Shown: positions 36,068-46,202, counted from the stretch's first letter. The stretch is DNA of 64,000 bases from an uncultured Oscillospiraceae bacterium (GCA_910587335.1 CAJUMG010000001.1:88201-152200), one strand, 5' to 3'. Numbers and translations are program-made. The notes: a model not told the origin generated them from the letters alone.

Positions 36068-37393
36068 TTACAGCGCGCTGCCAATCAGGTCATAATCCAG
36101 CACATCGTCCACATGAATTGTCAGATATTGCCCCAAAGCCAGTTTCCTTTTGCTGCTGAAAAACACTTTCCCGTCGATGTCTGGCGCATCCGCCGCACTT
36201 CGGCCAAAATAGCTGGAAGCATAGCGGTCATAGCCCTCTACCACCACTTCCAAATCGGAGCCGATCAGCTCCTGATTATACTGCTCCATAACGCCTATCT
36301 GCAATTCCATAATAATATCCGCCCGGCGCTGGCGCACCTCAGGCTCTACCTGGTCGGCCCGCTCGCCGGCAGGGGTCCCTTCCTCCGCAGAATAGGGAAA
36401 ACACCCCAGCCGCTCAAAACGCATCTGCTGTACAAACTGGCAAAGCTCTTCAAACTGCTCCTCTGTTTCCCCAGGGAACCCAGCGATCAGCGTTGTCCTA
36501 AGTACAATACCCGGCACCTTGGCCCGAATCTTTTCCATCAGCGCCGCAAGGGATTTCTGGTCGCCGCGGCGGTTCATCTCCCGCAAAACCTTTTCGTTGC
36601 AGTGCTGCAAGGGAATGTCCAGATACTTTACGATTTTTTCTTCCTCCGCCATGACCTGTAAAAGCTCATCGGTGATCCAATCCGGATAGGTGTAAAGAAT
36701 GCGGATCCAATGCAGGTTCTCGATCTTTGCCAGACGGCGCAAAAGCTCCGGCAGCATCGGCTTGCCGTACAAATCCATACCGTACCGGGTGGTGTCCTGC
36801 GCCACCAGGTTTAATTCCGTAACACCATGCGCCGCCAGATGCGCCGCCTCCGCCACAATATTGTCCATCTCCCGGCTGCGGTACCGCCCACGGATCATGG
36901 GGATCGCGCAATAGGTACAGCGGTTGTCGCACCCCTCGGCAATTTTTACATAAGCGAAAAACGGCAGGTTGGAAAGAATCCGGTCGCCTTCCAGCGAAAG
37001 CGCCTCCTTGGGTCCAAAACGGCGAACCTTTTCTCCCGCCAGCGCCCGCTCGATGGCATCGCAGATCTCATCGTTGGAGCCGATGCCCAAAATCACATCC
37101 GCTTCCGGAATCTCCTTGGCCATCTCCTCCTGATACCGCTCCGCCAGGCAGCCGGTTACACAGATTACCTTGATCCGTCCTTCTTTTTTCAAGGTGACAA
37201 ATTCCAGAATATTTTCAATCGACTCCTGCTTAGCGCTTTCAATAAAGCCGCAGGTATTGACAATCACCACGTCGCAGGTGCCGGAATCGGTATGAATCTG
37301 ATACCCCTTTTCCCGCAGCTTGGCCAATAGGATTTCCGCATCCACCTGATTTTTGGGGCATCCCAGAGACACCATTCCCACTTTAACCGCCAT
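36068..37393 (-). CDS. rimO: ribosomal protein S12 methylthiotransferase
   Basis: VSLGCPKNQVDAE N-terminal domain, radical-SAM CDNRCTYC, C-terminal TRAM domain. Confidence 0.88.
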   Translation of the reverse strand: MAVKVGMVSLGCPKNQVDAEILLAKLREKGYQIHTDSGTCDVVIVNTCGFIESAKQESIENILEFVTLKKEGRIKVICVTGCLAERYQEEMAKEIPEADVILGIGSNDEICDAIERALAGEKVRRFGPKEALSLEGDRILSNLPFFAYVKIAEGCDNRCTYCAIPMIRGRYRSREMDNIVAEAAHLAAHGVTELNLVAQDTTRYGMDLYGKPMLPELLRRLAKIENLHWIRILYTYPDWITDELLQVMAEEEKIVKYLDIPLQHCNEKVLREMNRRGDQKSLAALMEKIRAKVPGIVLRTTLIAGFPGETEEQFEELCQFVQQMRFERLGCFPYSAEEGTPAGERADQVEPEVRQRRADIIMELQIGVMEQYNQELIGSDLEVVVEGYDRYASSYFGRSAADAPDIDGKVFFSSKRKLALGQYLTIHVDDVLDYDLIGSAL

Positions 37394-37396
37394 ACA

Positions 37397-38029
37397 TTAC
37401 TCCTCTATTTCCATAAAATTTTGCAGCGCTGTGCGGATCTGGTCATAATCATAGCCCAAACGCAGCAGAGCGTTTACCGTTTTATTCCGTCCTTTCAGGT
37501 CGCCATCCGCCAAAAATCTAGCGTATTTGCGCCGGATCAAATTTTCCAGCTGCTCGGCCGTTTCCTCTCCGGCAAAGGAATCCTCCATTTCTTCCAGCAC
37601 CTGGTCAACAAGCGCGCGGTCAAAGCCCTTTTGCATAAGGCTCTGTCGGATGCGGCGCGGCCCGTACTTTTTCTCCCGCCAGAGCATTGCGGCCCAGCGG
37701 CGGGCATAGCTTTCATCGTCAACCAGTCCCAGCTGGGCCATCCGGTCGGCTGTCTCCTCGGCAATCTCCTCCGGGACCGAGCGGCACAGCTTGTCAAACA
37801 GCTCCTTCCGGCTGTGACTGCGGCTTTCCAACAGATACAGCGCCCGTTCCCGGGCCCGGCGCCGGTCGCTTGCCCCCTTGATTTCATCCAACCGCTGCGG
37901 GGTGATTTCCTGCCCGCTTCTAAGACCTGTTTCCGCCAAAACCTCGGCGTTTAGGGTCAGAGCGTACTCCCCCTCCACAAACAGATGATAGCCCTTTTTG
38001 GCCTTTTCAATCGCCGTGATCCGCAGCAT
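37397..38029 (-). CDS. recX: recombination regulator RecX
   Basis: Three-repeat helical protein immediately downstream of recA. Its start overlaps the recA stop (TAATG). Confidence 0.85.
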   Translation of the reverse strand: MLRITAIEKAKKGYHLFVEGEYALTLNAEVLAETGLRSGQEITPQRLDEIKGASDRRRARERALYLLESRSHSRKELFDKLCRSVPEEIAEETADRMAQLGLVDDESYARRWAAMLWREKKYGPRRIRQSLMQKGFDRALVDQVLEEMEDSFAGEETAEQLENLIRRKYARFLADGDLKGRNKTVNALLRLGYDYDQIRTALQNFMEIEE

Positions 38030-39150
38030 TATTCATCCACTTCCACGTCGATGTTCACCGCCGGGGCGCTCTTTCCCTTCGCCGGCGACTTCGGCGGGTC
38101 CGCGGGCTCCGCCTCTGCCGTGCTTTCTTTTTTGGGCGCAACCGTTTTCCCACCGCGGGAAAAGCTCAGCCGGTCAGCGTCCGCCCGAATGAGCTTATCA
38201 ATTTCATCGGTGAATTCCGGGTGCTCCTGCAAATAGTTTTTTACATTGTCCCGGCCCTGCCCCAGCCGTTCCCCGTTGTAGCTGAACCACGCGCCGGACT
38301 TGTTGATAATGTCTAGCTTGACCGCCAGATCCAAAATTTCGCCCGCCCGGGAAATGCCGGTGCCGTACATAATATCGAATTCCGCCTCTTTAAAAGGCGG
38401 CGCTACCTTGTTTTTGACAATTTTAACCCGGGTCCGGTTGCCGATCATCTCGGTGCCGTTTTTCAGCTGCTCCACCCGGCGGACCTCCATCCGGACGGAG
38501 GAGTAGAACTTTAGCGCCCGGCCGCCGGGCGTTACCTCCGGATTGCCGTACACAACCCCGACCTTTTCCCGCAGCTGGTTGATGAACAGCGCCACCGTGT
38601 TGGATTTGGACACGATTCCCGTCAGCTTGCGAAGCGCCTGGGACATCAGCCGGGCCTGCAACCCCACGTGGGCGTCGCCCATCTCCCCTTCGATCTCCGC
38701 TTTCGGCACCATGGCGGCCACCGAGTCCAGCACGATTACGTCGATGGCGCCGGACCGGACCAACGCCTCGGCAATCTCCAGCGCCTGTTCCCCGGTGTCC
38801 GGCTGGGAAACCAGCAGCGAGTCAATGTCTACCCCCAACGCTTTAGCATAAACCGGGTCCAGGGCGTGTTCTACGTCGATGAACGCCGCCTCGCCCCCCG
38901 CCTTTTGGGCCTGAGCGACAATGTGCAGCGCAACGGTGGTTTTGCCGGAGCTTTCCGGCCCGTAGATCTCCACGATCCGCCCCCGGGGCACACCGCCGAT
39001 TCCCAACGCCATATCCAGTGAAATGGAGCCGGTCGAAATCGACTCTACATTCAGCGTAGCCGTGGACCCCAGCTTCATAATCGACCCTTTTCCAAACTGC
39101 TTTTCGATCTGGCTGATCGCTGTTTCAATCGCCTTTTGTTTATCGACCAT
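38029..39150 (-). CDS. recA: recombinase RecA (with a Lys/Pro/Ala-rich then acidic C-terminal tail)
   Basis: GPESSGKTT Walker A and canonical RecA core. Confidence 0.97.
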   Translation of the reverse strand: MVDKQKAIETAISQIEKQFGKGSIMKLGSTATLNVESISTGSISLDMALGIGGVPRGRIVEIYGPESSGKTTVALHIVAQAQKAGGEAAFIDVEHALDPVYAKALGVDIDSLLVSQPDTGEQALEIAEALVRSGAIDVIVLDSVAAMVPKAEIEGEMGDAHVGLQARLMSQALRKLTGIVSKSNTVALFINQLREKVGVVYGNPEVTPGGRALKFYSSVRMEVRRVEQLKNGTEMIGNRTRVKIVKNKVAPPFKEAEFDIMYGTGISRAGEILDLAVKLDIINKSGAWFSYNGERLGQGRDNVKNYLQEHPEFTDEIDKLIRADADRLSFSRGGKTVAPKKESTAEAEPADPPKSPAKGKSAPAVNIDVEVDE

Positions 39151-39422
39151 CTTTTTTCTCCATTCCGCGCGCCGCGCTATCGTTTAAGCATTGCTTTTTT
39201 TATCCAATGTACGGCCAACTCTTTTTTGACCATTATACAATATCCCCGCGGAAGATGCAACCGATCCGCGCAAAAAATCGAACATATATTCTCTTTTTTT
39301 TACAGGGATTGCTGTTGCGAAATTTCTGCCTGCGTATTATAATAAGAGCGGCTTTTGCAAGATTTTTTTCGTGGCGATTTTCCCGGAAAAAATCTTTATT
39401 ATGGGTGAGAAGGATTGGAATA

Positions 39423-40100
39423 ATGAAAGACAATATGTTATCAAACGGTTACTCCTTGGCGGACAAGGTTTTTAAAAAGCTGGAGGAGGAAATTCTAAAC
39501 GGCGCCTTAAAGGCCGGCGAAAACCTGACCGAGCTGCGAATCTCCGCCCGGCTGGGGGTGAGCCGCACCCCGGTGAGAGAGGCCATCCACCGCTTGGAGC
39601 AGGACGGTTTGGTCCAGCTGACCCCCAACAAAGGGGCGGTGGTGGTCGGCGTTAGCGAAAAGGACCTGCGGGATATTTACGCCATCCGCATGAAGCTGGA
39701 GGGTCTGGCCTCTCGCTGGGCGGCGGAGCAGATTTCGGAGGAGGACGCTAAGAGCCTGCGGGATATTCTCGAATTGCAGCAGTTTTACACCGACAAAGGG
39801 GACCTGGAGCAGCTGCGGAACCTGGACTCCCAGTTTCACGAGCGGATTTACGAAATCAGCGGCAGCCGCACCCTGCGCCGGACCCTGAGCAGCCTGCACC
39901 ACTCGGTCCAGCGGTACCGGAAAATGTCCTTTGCCACCAAGGGCCGCGCCCAAAAGGTGATGGGCGAGCACCAAAGAATCGTGGACGCCATTGCCGCCCA
40001 TGACCCGATTGGGGCGGAGGCCGCCACCAACGACCATATCCAAAGCTCCGCCGACAACATGCTAAAAAACCTTGGCCTTTCCGGCGGACAGGAGGACTAA
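39423..40100 (+). CDS. GntR-family transcriptional regulator (FadR/FCD subfamily)
   Basis: ...LRISARLGVSRTPVREAIHRLEQDGLV... wHTH plus a helical FCD domain. The start is at MKDNML. Confidence 0.85.
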   Translation: MKDNMLSNGYSLADKVFKKLEEEILNGALKAGENLTELRISARLGVSRTPVREAIHRLEQDGLVQLTPNKGAVVVGVSEKDLRDIYAIRMKLEGLASRWAAEQISEEDAKSLRDILELQQFYTDKGDLEQLRNLDSQFHERIYEISGSRTLRRTLSSLHHSVQRYRKMSFATKGRAQKVMGEHQRIVDAIAAHDPIGAEAATNDHIQSSADNMLKNLGLSGGQED

Positions 40101-40121
40101 CGGCCCCGGCGCCTTGCGGAC

Positions 40122-40160
40122 AAAAAAAGGGCTTTTGCCAAAACGGCAAAAGCCTTTTTT
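40122..40160. terminator. bidirectional rho-independent terminator
   Basis: GGCTTTTGCC...GGCAAAAGCC hairpin flanked by A7 and T6. Confidence 0.85.
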
Positions 40161-40172
40161 CTATGTACGAGA

Positions 40173-40343
<171 letters not shown>

Positions 40344-40423
40344 CTAAAATCCACCTCCTATCATTTTGAAAACATTGTATCACGTTCCCAAAAAAAATCA
40401 ACCGTTTCCGGCAGCTTTTTTTG

Positions 40424-40801
40424 CTATTCTTTGCTTTTCTTATGCGATACATTCAATCGAAAACGCTCGTCCTTGCGCAACGCCTCTTTTGTCGATTTTA
40501 GAATATCCACCAAAACCCGTATGTCATAGGGCGAACAGTCAGCAAGTATTTCTTGGGTTTCCTTGTTAAAAACGTGATTGGAGCATACCACGTTGTCGCA
40601 CAGCAACTCGTCAACAGACACCGAAAGAGCATTTGCAATAGCAATAATTGATGGCAAACTTATTTTCGCATTTCCATTCTCAACATTACTAATATGAACG
40701 ACAGATAACCCCGTTTTATCTCCTAAAACTTCCTGCGTGACTTTCGCTTTAATCCTCGCTATCTTAATGCGCATACCAATAGCGTCATAGTCAATAACCA
40801 T
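40424..40801 (-). CDS. XRE-family HTH regulator, paralogue A
   Basis: MVIDYDAIGMRIKIARIKAKVTQEVLGDKTGLSVVHISNVENG HTH. The start is at the ATG aligned with paralogue B. Confidence 0.75.
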   Translation of the reverse strand: MVIDYDAIGMRIKIARIKAKVTQEVLGDKTGLSVVHISNVENGNAKISLPSIIAIANALSVSVDELLCDNVVCSNHVFNKETQEILADCSPYDIRVLVDILKSTKEALRKDERFRLNVSHKKSKE

Positions 40802-40977
40802 AAACTCACTCCATATTGGCAAATTTACGATTATTATTGTAATTTTATCTGAAATATATTATAATATGCTAAAGAAAGAATTTTACCTGATTTAAGCAAT
40901 TTATTAAACTATAATAAATATATCTTTCTATAATTTATTAAAATAAAAAGATTTTATTTCAATATATAGTTGTATTT

Positions 40978-41337
40978 TTATATTGTATTCGCCCTAAACC
41001 GTTCATTTTTTCGCAATATCTCTTTTGTTGCTTTCAGAACTTCAACTAAAATTCGAATGTCATAGGAAGAACAGTCAGCAAGTACCTCCTGCGCTTCTTT
41101 GCTGAAAATGTGATTGGAGCATACCACGTTGTCACAAAGCAACTCGTCAACAGACACTGAAAGAGCATTTGCAATATTGATAATTGAGGGCAAACTCATC
41201 TTTGCGTTTCCTGTTTCAATGTTGCTAATATGGATATTTGACAACCCGGTTTTGTCAGCCAACATTTCCTGTGTAATTTTTGCTTTAATCCTCGCTATCT
41301 TAATGCGCATACCGATTGCTGTGTAGTCAATAACCAT
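40978..41337 (-). CDS. XRE-family HTH regulator, paralogue B
   Basis: Roughly four-fifths identical by eye to paralogue A. GAGGTGGA RBS. Confidence 0.75.
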   Translation of the reverse strand: MVIDYTAIGMRIKIARIKAKITQEMLADKTGLSNIHISNIETGNAKMSLPSIINIANALSVSVDELLCDNVVCSNHIFSKEAQEVLADCSSYDIRILVEVLKATKEILRKNERFRANTI

Positions 41338-41610
41338 AAATCCACCTCATTCTTGGCGTATTATGGTTATTATTGTAGTTTTTGGCGGAATATATTATAA
41401 TATGCTATAAAAAGAATATATCTATATTAGATATATTTATTAAATTATAAAAGTATATTATTCTTTTATTTTATTTAAAAATTGTTATTATTTTTTGCTA
41501 TAAAATAATATTTTAATATCTTGCTGTCTTGTTCTTATACACAGAGAAATTCTCCTATTTGACGCTTAGTAACTGTCACTTTTCTTATTGTAATGCTAAA
41601 TAATTAGCAT

Positions 41611-41633
41611 GTTGACACGCACTAAATGTCAAC
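41611..41633 (+). promoter_or_regulatory. perfect inverted repeat GTTGACA-N9-TGTCAAC overlapping a TTGACA -35 box (candidate operator/promoter)
   Basis: Read directly from the sequence. It lies 30 nt upstream of the 41663 start codon. Confidence 0.45.
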
Positions 41634-41662
41634 GAAAAATTTTTTTGAAAGGGAGTCTTTCT

Positions 41663-41974
41663 ATGAAAAGCATCCTAACAGCATTGTTCCAAGGGGAAAT
41701 CCGTCCGTCGGACCAGTACATCCCCACCGGCGAGGCGTACCGGGCCATTCAGGCGCAAAAACACCGCCGCTGCGAAGAGTTCAGGCAGGTCCTAAAGGAG
41801 CTGGACCCGGAGCTGGACAAACAGTTTATCCAGGTCCTGGACGGTCAGCTAGACGGCCTGTCCCAGGAATATTTCGAAATGTTTCTGGGCGGCTTTCGCC
41901 TGGGGGCAAAGCTCATGCTAGAAATTTTCCAGGATGAGCTATCCCCCAAGGAGGAAGACGAACTGTCCGAATAG
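41663..41974 (+). CDS. small helical hypothetical protein (resembles XRE-associated small proteins of Clostridia, possibly DUF6809-like)
   Basis: MKSILTALFQGEIRPSDQY... GGGAG RBS. The family assignment is from memory only. Confidence 0.5.
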   Translation: MKSILTALFQGEIRPSDQYIPTGEAYRAIQAQKHRRCEEFRQVLKELDPELDKQFIQVLDGQLDGLSQEYFEMFLGGFRLGAKLMLEIFQDELSPKEEDELSE

Positions 41975-41977
41975 GAC

Positions 41978-42018
41978 AAAAAAAAGCCCCTCTGCCAATT
42001 GGCAGAGGGGCTTTTTTC
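41978..42018. terminator. bidirectional rho-independent terminator
   Basis: AGCCCCTCTGCC-AATT-GGCAGAGGGGCT flanked by A8 and T6. Confidence 0.9.
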
Positions 42019-42022
42019 TCGG

Positions 42023-42889
42023 TTATTCCATAATTTCCTTTAGCGCTTCCATCTCTTTTTTGTCCACCCGAATCCGCCCGTCCCGCAGCAGATGGACCTC
42101 TTCTTTTGGGTAAATCCGCGCCGGCGCGTCCGGGTTCCCGTCCAACCGAACCTTTAGCAAACCGGATAGTAGGTTCACCTCGACTACCTTGCCTTTCCCG
42201 TCGGCGGTGCCCACCAGCGCCCCCACCTTCGGGGTGGAGCGCAAAAGATCCTCGTACGCCTCCTGCTCGTATTTTAAGCAGCACATTAACCTCCCGCAGC
42301 TGCCGGAAATCTTCACCGGGTTTAAGGATAGGTTCTGCTCCTTGGCCATCTTGATCGATACCGGCTGAAACTCTCCTAAAAAGGTGGCGCAGCAAAACGG
42401 CCGCCCGCAGATGCCCAGTCCCCCCAGCATCTTGGCTTCGTCCCGCACGCCAATTTGCCGCAGCTCAATCCGCGTCCGAAAGACCGACGCCAAATCCTTC
42501 ACCAGCTCCCGAAAGTCCACCCGGCCGTCCGCGGTAAAATAAAAGAGGATCTTGTTGTTGTCAAAGGTGTATTCCACGTCCACCAGCTTCATTTCCAGCT
42601 TGTGGGCCGCAATTTTTTCGTTGCAGATTTTCGCGGCGGCCACCTGCTTTTCCTGGTTTTTCCGCACCTGGACCAAATCCTCCGCCGTCGCCTTGCGGAT
42701 GACCTTTTTCAGCGGCTTTACGATGCTTTCGTCGTCGACCTGGCGATTTTCCATCGCCACCTCGCCGCACTCGATTCCCCGCGCCGTCTCGACAATCACG
42801 CAGTCCGTCTTCTGCGCCTGAATGCCGGCAGGGTCAAAATAATACACCTTGCCCACCTGTCTAAACCGTACTCCAATAACTTCCGCCAT
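42023..42889 (-). CDS. ricT: PSP1-domain regulatory protein RicT (YaaT)
   Basis: VIGVRFRQVGKVYYFDP..., Cys-rich GICGRPFCCATFL...SGSCGRLMCCL. It lies downstream of holB, as in Bacillus. Confidence 0.85.
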   Translation of the reverse strand: MAEVIGVRFRQVGKVYYFDPAGIQAQKTDCVIVETARGIECGEVAMENRQVDDESIVKPLKKVIRKATAEDLVQVRKNQEKQVAAAKICNEKIAAHKLEMKLVDVEYTFDNNKILFYFTADGRVDFRELVKDLASVFRTRIELRQIGVRDEAKMLGGLGICGRPFCCATFLGEFQPVSIKMAKEQNLSLNPVKISGSCGRLMCCLKYEQEAYEDLLRSTPKVGALVGTADGKGKVVEVNLLSGLLKVRLDGNPDAPARIYPKEEVHLLRDGRIRVDKKEMEALKEIME

Positions 42890-42901
42890 GGCTCCTCCAT
42901 T

Positions 42902-43861
42902 CTATTCCTCGAAAGCGCTGCCGATCCCGGCGCCCAGCCAGGTGGTCAGCAGCGGCATGCTCATATTTTGCCGGGCATATTCCATCCCCTTGTCTATTAT
43001 ACCAAGGACCTTGCCCGCCTGCAACGGAAGAATTCGGTACTTTTGTCCCTTTTGCGCCAAAAAAGCGTCTTTTGTGTTTTCCGCCAGCGTCTGCCGCACC
43101 TGTTCCAGGCACAGGGTCAAGCCCTCCCGGTCGCTTTCAAAGCCGGATAGAATCTGCAAAATGCCAAACCGGTCCGCCCTTTCGATTTTTTCGCACAGAC
43201 TCTGGGCCTTTTCCCCCAGCGCCGCGTATTTTTCGTCGGCCAAAAGCCGCCTTGCCCGCCCCAGATTGCCGCCGCTTTGCGCCGCGGCCCACTGGGCTTT
43301 CTCGGCATCCAGAGTCGGGTCCTCCTCCCGCAACGCTTGGGCGGTCAGCGCCTGACCCAGACGCTCCAGCGGCAGCGTCACCACCCGGGACCGCACCGTC
43401 TCCAGCAGCTTAAAGCGGTTGTCGCAGGTCAAAACAAAAAGGACGCCCGCCGGTGGCTCCTCCAAAAGCTTTAGCAGCGCATTTTGGGCCCAAGCGGTCA
43501 TGTACTGGGTCTCGCAGAGGATGTATACCTTGCGCGAAGCCTCGTTTGGCTTAATCCAGGCGTCCGCCCGCAGCCATTCCACCTGCTCTTTCTTAAAGGA
43601 CTTTTTCCCCGCCTCCGGACCAATCGTCTGTACATCCGGGTGGATGCTTTTCAGAATCTTGCGGCAGTGGCGGCACTGTCCGCACGGCGGCTCTTCCCCC
43701 TCGCAAAGGGCGGCCGCGGCGATGAGCCGGGCAAAGGTCTTCCGGCCGGTGCCCTCCTCCCCTTCCAGCAAAATTCCATGCGGAAAGCGCCCGTCTCTTT
43801 GATAAAAGACGAGCGCCTCTTTTGCCTTATGATTTCCATAAAACCCATCTAACAGCGACAT
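42902..43861 (-). CDS. holB: DNA polymerase III subunit delta'
   Basis: HGILLEGEEGTGRKTFA..., zinc module CGQCRHCRK. Confidence 0.85.
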   Translation of the reverse strand: MSLLDGFYGNHKAKEALVFYQRDGRFPHGILLEGEEGTGRKTFARLIAAAALCEGEEPPCGQCRHCRKILKSIHPDVQTIGPEAGKKSFKKEQVEWLRADAWIKPNEASRKVYILCETQYMTAWAQNALLKLLEEPPAGVLFVLTCDNRFKLLETVRSRVVTLPLERLGQALTAQALREEDPTLDAEKAQWAAAQSGGNLGRARRLLADEKYAALGEKAQSLCEKIERADRFGILQILSGFESDREGLTLCLEQVRQTLAENTKDAFLAQKGQKYRILPLQAGKVLGIIDKGMEYARQNMSMPLLTTWLGAGIGSAFEE

Positions 43862-43879
43862 TTCCTCTTCGCTCCCAGA

Positions 43880-44203
43880 TTACAGCTTTTTAAACTGTTC
43901 AACATCCAATACAAAGATGGTCGCACCGCCAACCGTAACCTCTACCGGGAAGGAGGTGTACATTCCCACCCCATAAGAAGCGGAGGACGGAACCATCTGT
44001 TTTCTTCTCTTACTGTGCTCGCCAATCACACCAATTGCCTTTTCCACATTTTCGTCTTCCGTACCAATCAGGAACGTCGTGTTTCCGCTCATCAAAAAGC
44101 CACCGGTGGTAGCCAGCTTGGTGACCGAAAAATTATTTTTGGTCAGCGCAGAAGAAACCATGGAGCTATCATCGCTGGAAACAATCGCAAGTATCAATTT
44201 CAT
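43880..44203 (-). CDS. darA: cyclic-di-AMP receptor, PII-like (DarA/YaaQ)
   Basis: MKLILAIVSSDD...VTKLATTGGFL...TIFVLDVEQF. Position upstream of holB. Confidence 0.8.
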   Translation of the reverse strand: MKLILAIVSSDDSSMVSSALTKNNFSVTKLATTGGFLMSGNTTFLIGTEDENVEKAIGVIGEHSKRRKQMVPSSASYGVGMYTSFPVEVTVGGATIFVLDVEQFKKL

Positions 44204-44322
44204 ATATAAGCCCTCCTTTTGGCACAACTTTATGTCTTGTGTTTATTATAGCACAGTTTTCCGGAAATTGCCATAGGTTTTTTGGTTACAAAGCTGTAAA
44301 ATTTGTATAAATTAGTGAAAAA

Positions 44323-45357
44323 TCAGTGCTTTTTTCGTTTTTCCCGAATCGCCATCGCCCATTCCACCAGCTTGCCGGTCAACGGACGATAGGTGTAGTT
44401 CCACTCCCCGGCAAATTCATCCAGTTGGCCGTTAAAGCCCTTTTTAAACCGGTATAGCCCATACATGGGACCGTTTTCGTCCAGATTGCCGGATACTCCC
44501 TGAAAATCATACAGGGTGCATCCCGTTTCTACCGCCCAACGGATCATCTCCCACTGCATGAGGTAATTGGGCATGACGTTTCGGTAAACGTTGTCCGAAG
44601 CGCCATATACATAGCAGGTTTTCCCCGCATAGTTGGTGGCAATGGCGCCGCAGACGGCCGTTCCCTCGTAAAAGCCCATATACAGCCTGGCATGCTCGCC
44701 CAGCGCATCCAGCATCCGCGCAAAATAGCTTTTGGGGCGGGTGCGGAATCCGTCCCGCTCGCCGGTTGTCTGCATAATCCGGACAAAATCGTCTAAGTAT
44801 TCCTGGCCCACCACCTTGATCTGTACGCCGTGCTTTTGGGCTACCCGCACATTATAGCGGGTTTTCTGGGTCAGATTTTTGAACAGTTCCTCTTCGCTGC
44901 GGCCATTTAAAAAAAGATGGTAGTTAAACCGCGCCTGAATGGTCTCGAACCCTTCCGGACCGGCAAAAAGGGTAAAACCCATTTCCTTCATGGTCTGGGC
45001 GATGGAGGTATCGGAGGAAAGGACCTCCGGGTCCCACTTGAGCTGATAGGCTTTATGGCGCTTTGCCAACTGATCCAAGCCGCTTTTTAGCTCCTGTAGC
45101 AAAGGCCGGTTCTCCAGGTCGCAGACCGGCCCCCTGGGCGCATATAAAAGCGAGGCGCCTAAAAGCGGCAGCTTTTGCACCAACACGGCACAGCCGGCAG
45201 TGATTTTGCCATCGCCGTCCCGCACCACTACTACCTCTCCTTTCCAGTTGTTTTTCACCTGGAACCACCGGGTAGACTGGGTAAATCCACCCCGGGGATG
45301 GCTTTTGCAAAAGGTTTCATACTCTTCATATTGTTCCGGCCGCAAAATTTCCGTCAT
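44323..45357 (-). CDS. FemAB-family peptidoglycan interpeptide-bridge aminoacyltransferase
   Basis: ...HPRGGFTQSTRWFQVK..., ...YGASDN...YLMQWEMIRWA... patterns of FemX/FemAB. Confidence 0.8.
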   Translation of the reverse strand: MTEILRPEQYEEYETFCKSHPRGGFTQSTRWFQVKNNWKGEVVVVRDGDGKITAGCAVLVQKLPLLGASLLYAPRGPVCDLENRPLLQELKSGLDQLAKRHKAYQLKWDPEVLSSDTSIAQTMKEMGFTLFAGPEGFETIQARFNYHLFLNGRSEEELFKNLTQKTRYNVRVAQKHGVQIKVVGQEYLDDFVRIMQTTGERDGFRTRPKSYFARMLDALGEHARLYMGFYEGTAVCGAIATNYAGKTCYVYGASDNVYRNVMPNYLMQWEMIRWAVETGCTLYDFQGVSGNLDENGPMYGLYRFKKGFNGQLDEFAGEWNYTYRPLTGKLVEWAMAIREKRKKH

Positions 45358-45361
45358 ATGC

Positions 45362-46198
45362 TTACTCTCCTATCTCCGTTCCGCTGCCGGACGGTTTTCT
45401 CTTTATTATGCGCAGATTTCGCTGTAATACTTTTTGTCCGCGATAGCCAAAGGCTTTTTCCTTTAACAGCCGCGGCAGGTCCTCTTCCTGAATCAGCCCG
45501 TCCAGTCCTTGGCAAAACGCGGGGATATCCGCCGGCTTTGGCGGATGGTTATACGGACACACATCGCTGCAAATATCGCATCCCCACGCCAGGCCGCCTT
45601 TTTGTATCTGCTCTTCTTCCCAAAGGGTCAACTCCCCTTTTTTCTGGGTGATGTGGGACCGGCAGCGGCTTTTATCCACCCCTGCCGGTGACAGAGCTTT
45701 TTGCGGGCAGGCGTCCAGACAGCGGCGGCAATCGCCGCACCCCTCCTGCACCGGCGCCGATGGTTCCAGCCAAAGTCCGGTGACGATTTCGGCAATAAAA
45801 TGGTAGGTGCCGTAGGCCGGACTTACCAAAAGCCCGTTTTTCCCCACAAAGCCCAAGCCCGCCAAATAGGCGGCGGTCACCTCGCGGATCGGTGAATTGT
45901 CGGTGAAAAACACAAATTCCTGCCCGGGCCACCGCGCCTTCATTCGGTCCACCACAGGGGAAAGAAGCTCCTGCACCAACAAATGGTAATCTCTCGCCCA
46001 GGCATATCGGGAAATATTATGCGGCCGCTCCCCCGCATAATACCCCAGTAGACAAACGATCACCGACTGGGCGTCCGCCGGCAGCCTGGACCGATTCCGG
46101 CATTCCAGCAGCGGCAGCGTTTTCTGGAAGGAGGCGATCCCCCAATGATTTATACCCGCTTGTGCCAAAATCCCTTCGATTTCTTCCTTTTCGTCCAT
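45362..46198 (-). CDS. queG: epoxyqueuosine reductase QueG-like (short form)
   Basis: GFVGKNGLLVSPAYGTYHFIAEIVT, CGDCRRCLDACP and CDICSDVCP ferredoxin motifs. Confidence 0.7.
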   Translation of the reverse strand: MDEKEEIEGILAQAGINHWGIASFQKTLPLLECRNRSRLPADAQSVIVCLLGYYAGERPHNISRYAWARDYHLLVQELLSPVVDRMKARWPGQEFVFFTDNSPIREVTAAYLAGLGFVGKNGLLVSPAYGTYHFIAEIVTGLWLEPSAPVQEGCGDCRRCLDACPQKALSPAGVDKSRCRSHITQKKGELTLWEEEQIQKGGLAWGCDICSDVCPYNHPPKPADIPAFCQGLDGLIQEEDLPRLLKEKAFGYRGQKVLQRNLRIIKRKPSGSGTEIGE

Positions 46199-46202
46199 CG
46201 GT

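Larger units (their letters stand above)
40424..41410 (-). repeat. tandem duplication (about 555-bp unit): XRE gene plus its AT-rich upstream region
   Basis: The coding sequences are paralogous. The upstream segments share ATTATTGTA(A/G)TTTT...GAA(A)TATATTATAATATGCTA. Confidence 0.7.

Noticed and set aside
38029-38160. RecA C-terminal extension of about 40 aa, Lys/Pro/Ala-rich and ending in the acidic DVEVDE.
   Set aside because: RecA C-terminal tails are known to vary in length and to be acidic and regulatory. I judged this within normal variation and not worth a separate finding.
40366-41975. The AT-rich islet, considered as a mobile element, prophage remnant or toxin-antitoxin system.
   Set aside because: I could find no integrase, transposase or flanking direct repeats, and there is no toxin-like ORF next to the XRE genes. 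It is reported only as an atypical regulatory islet.
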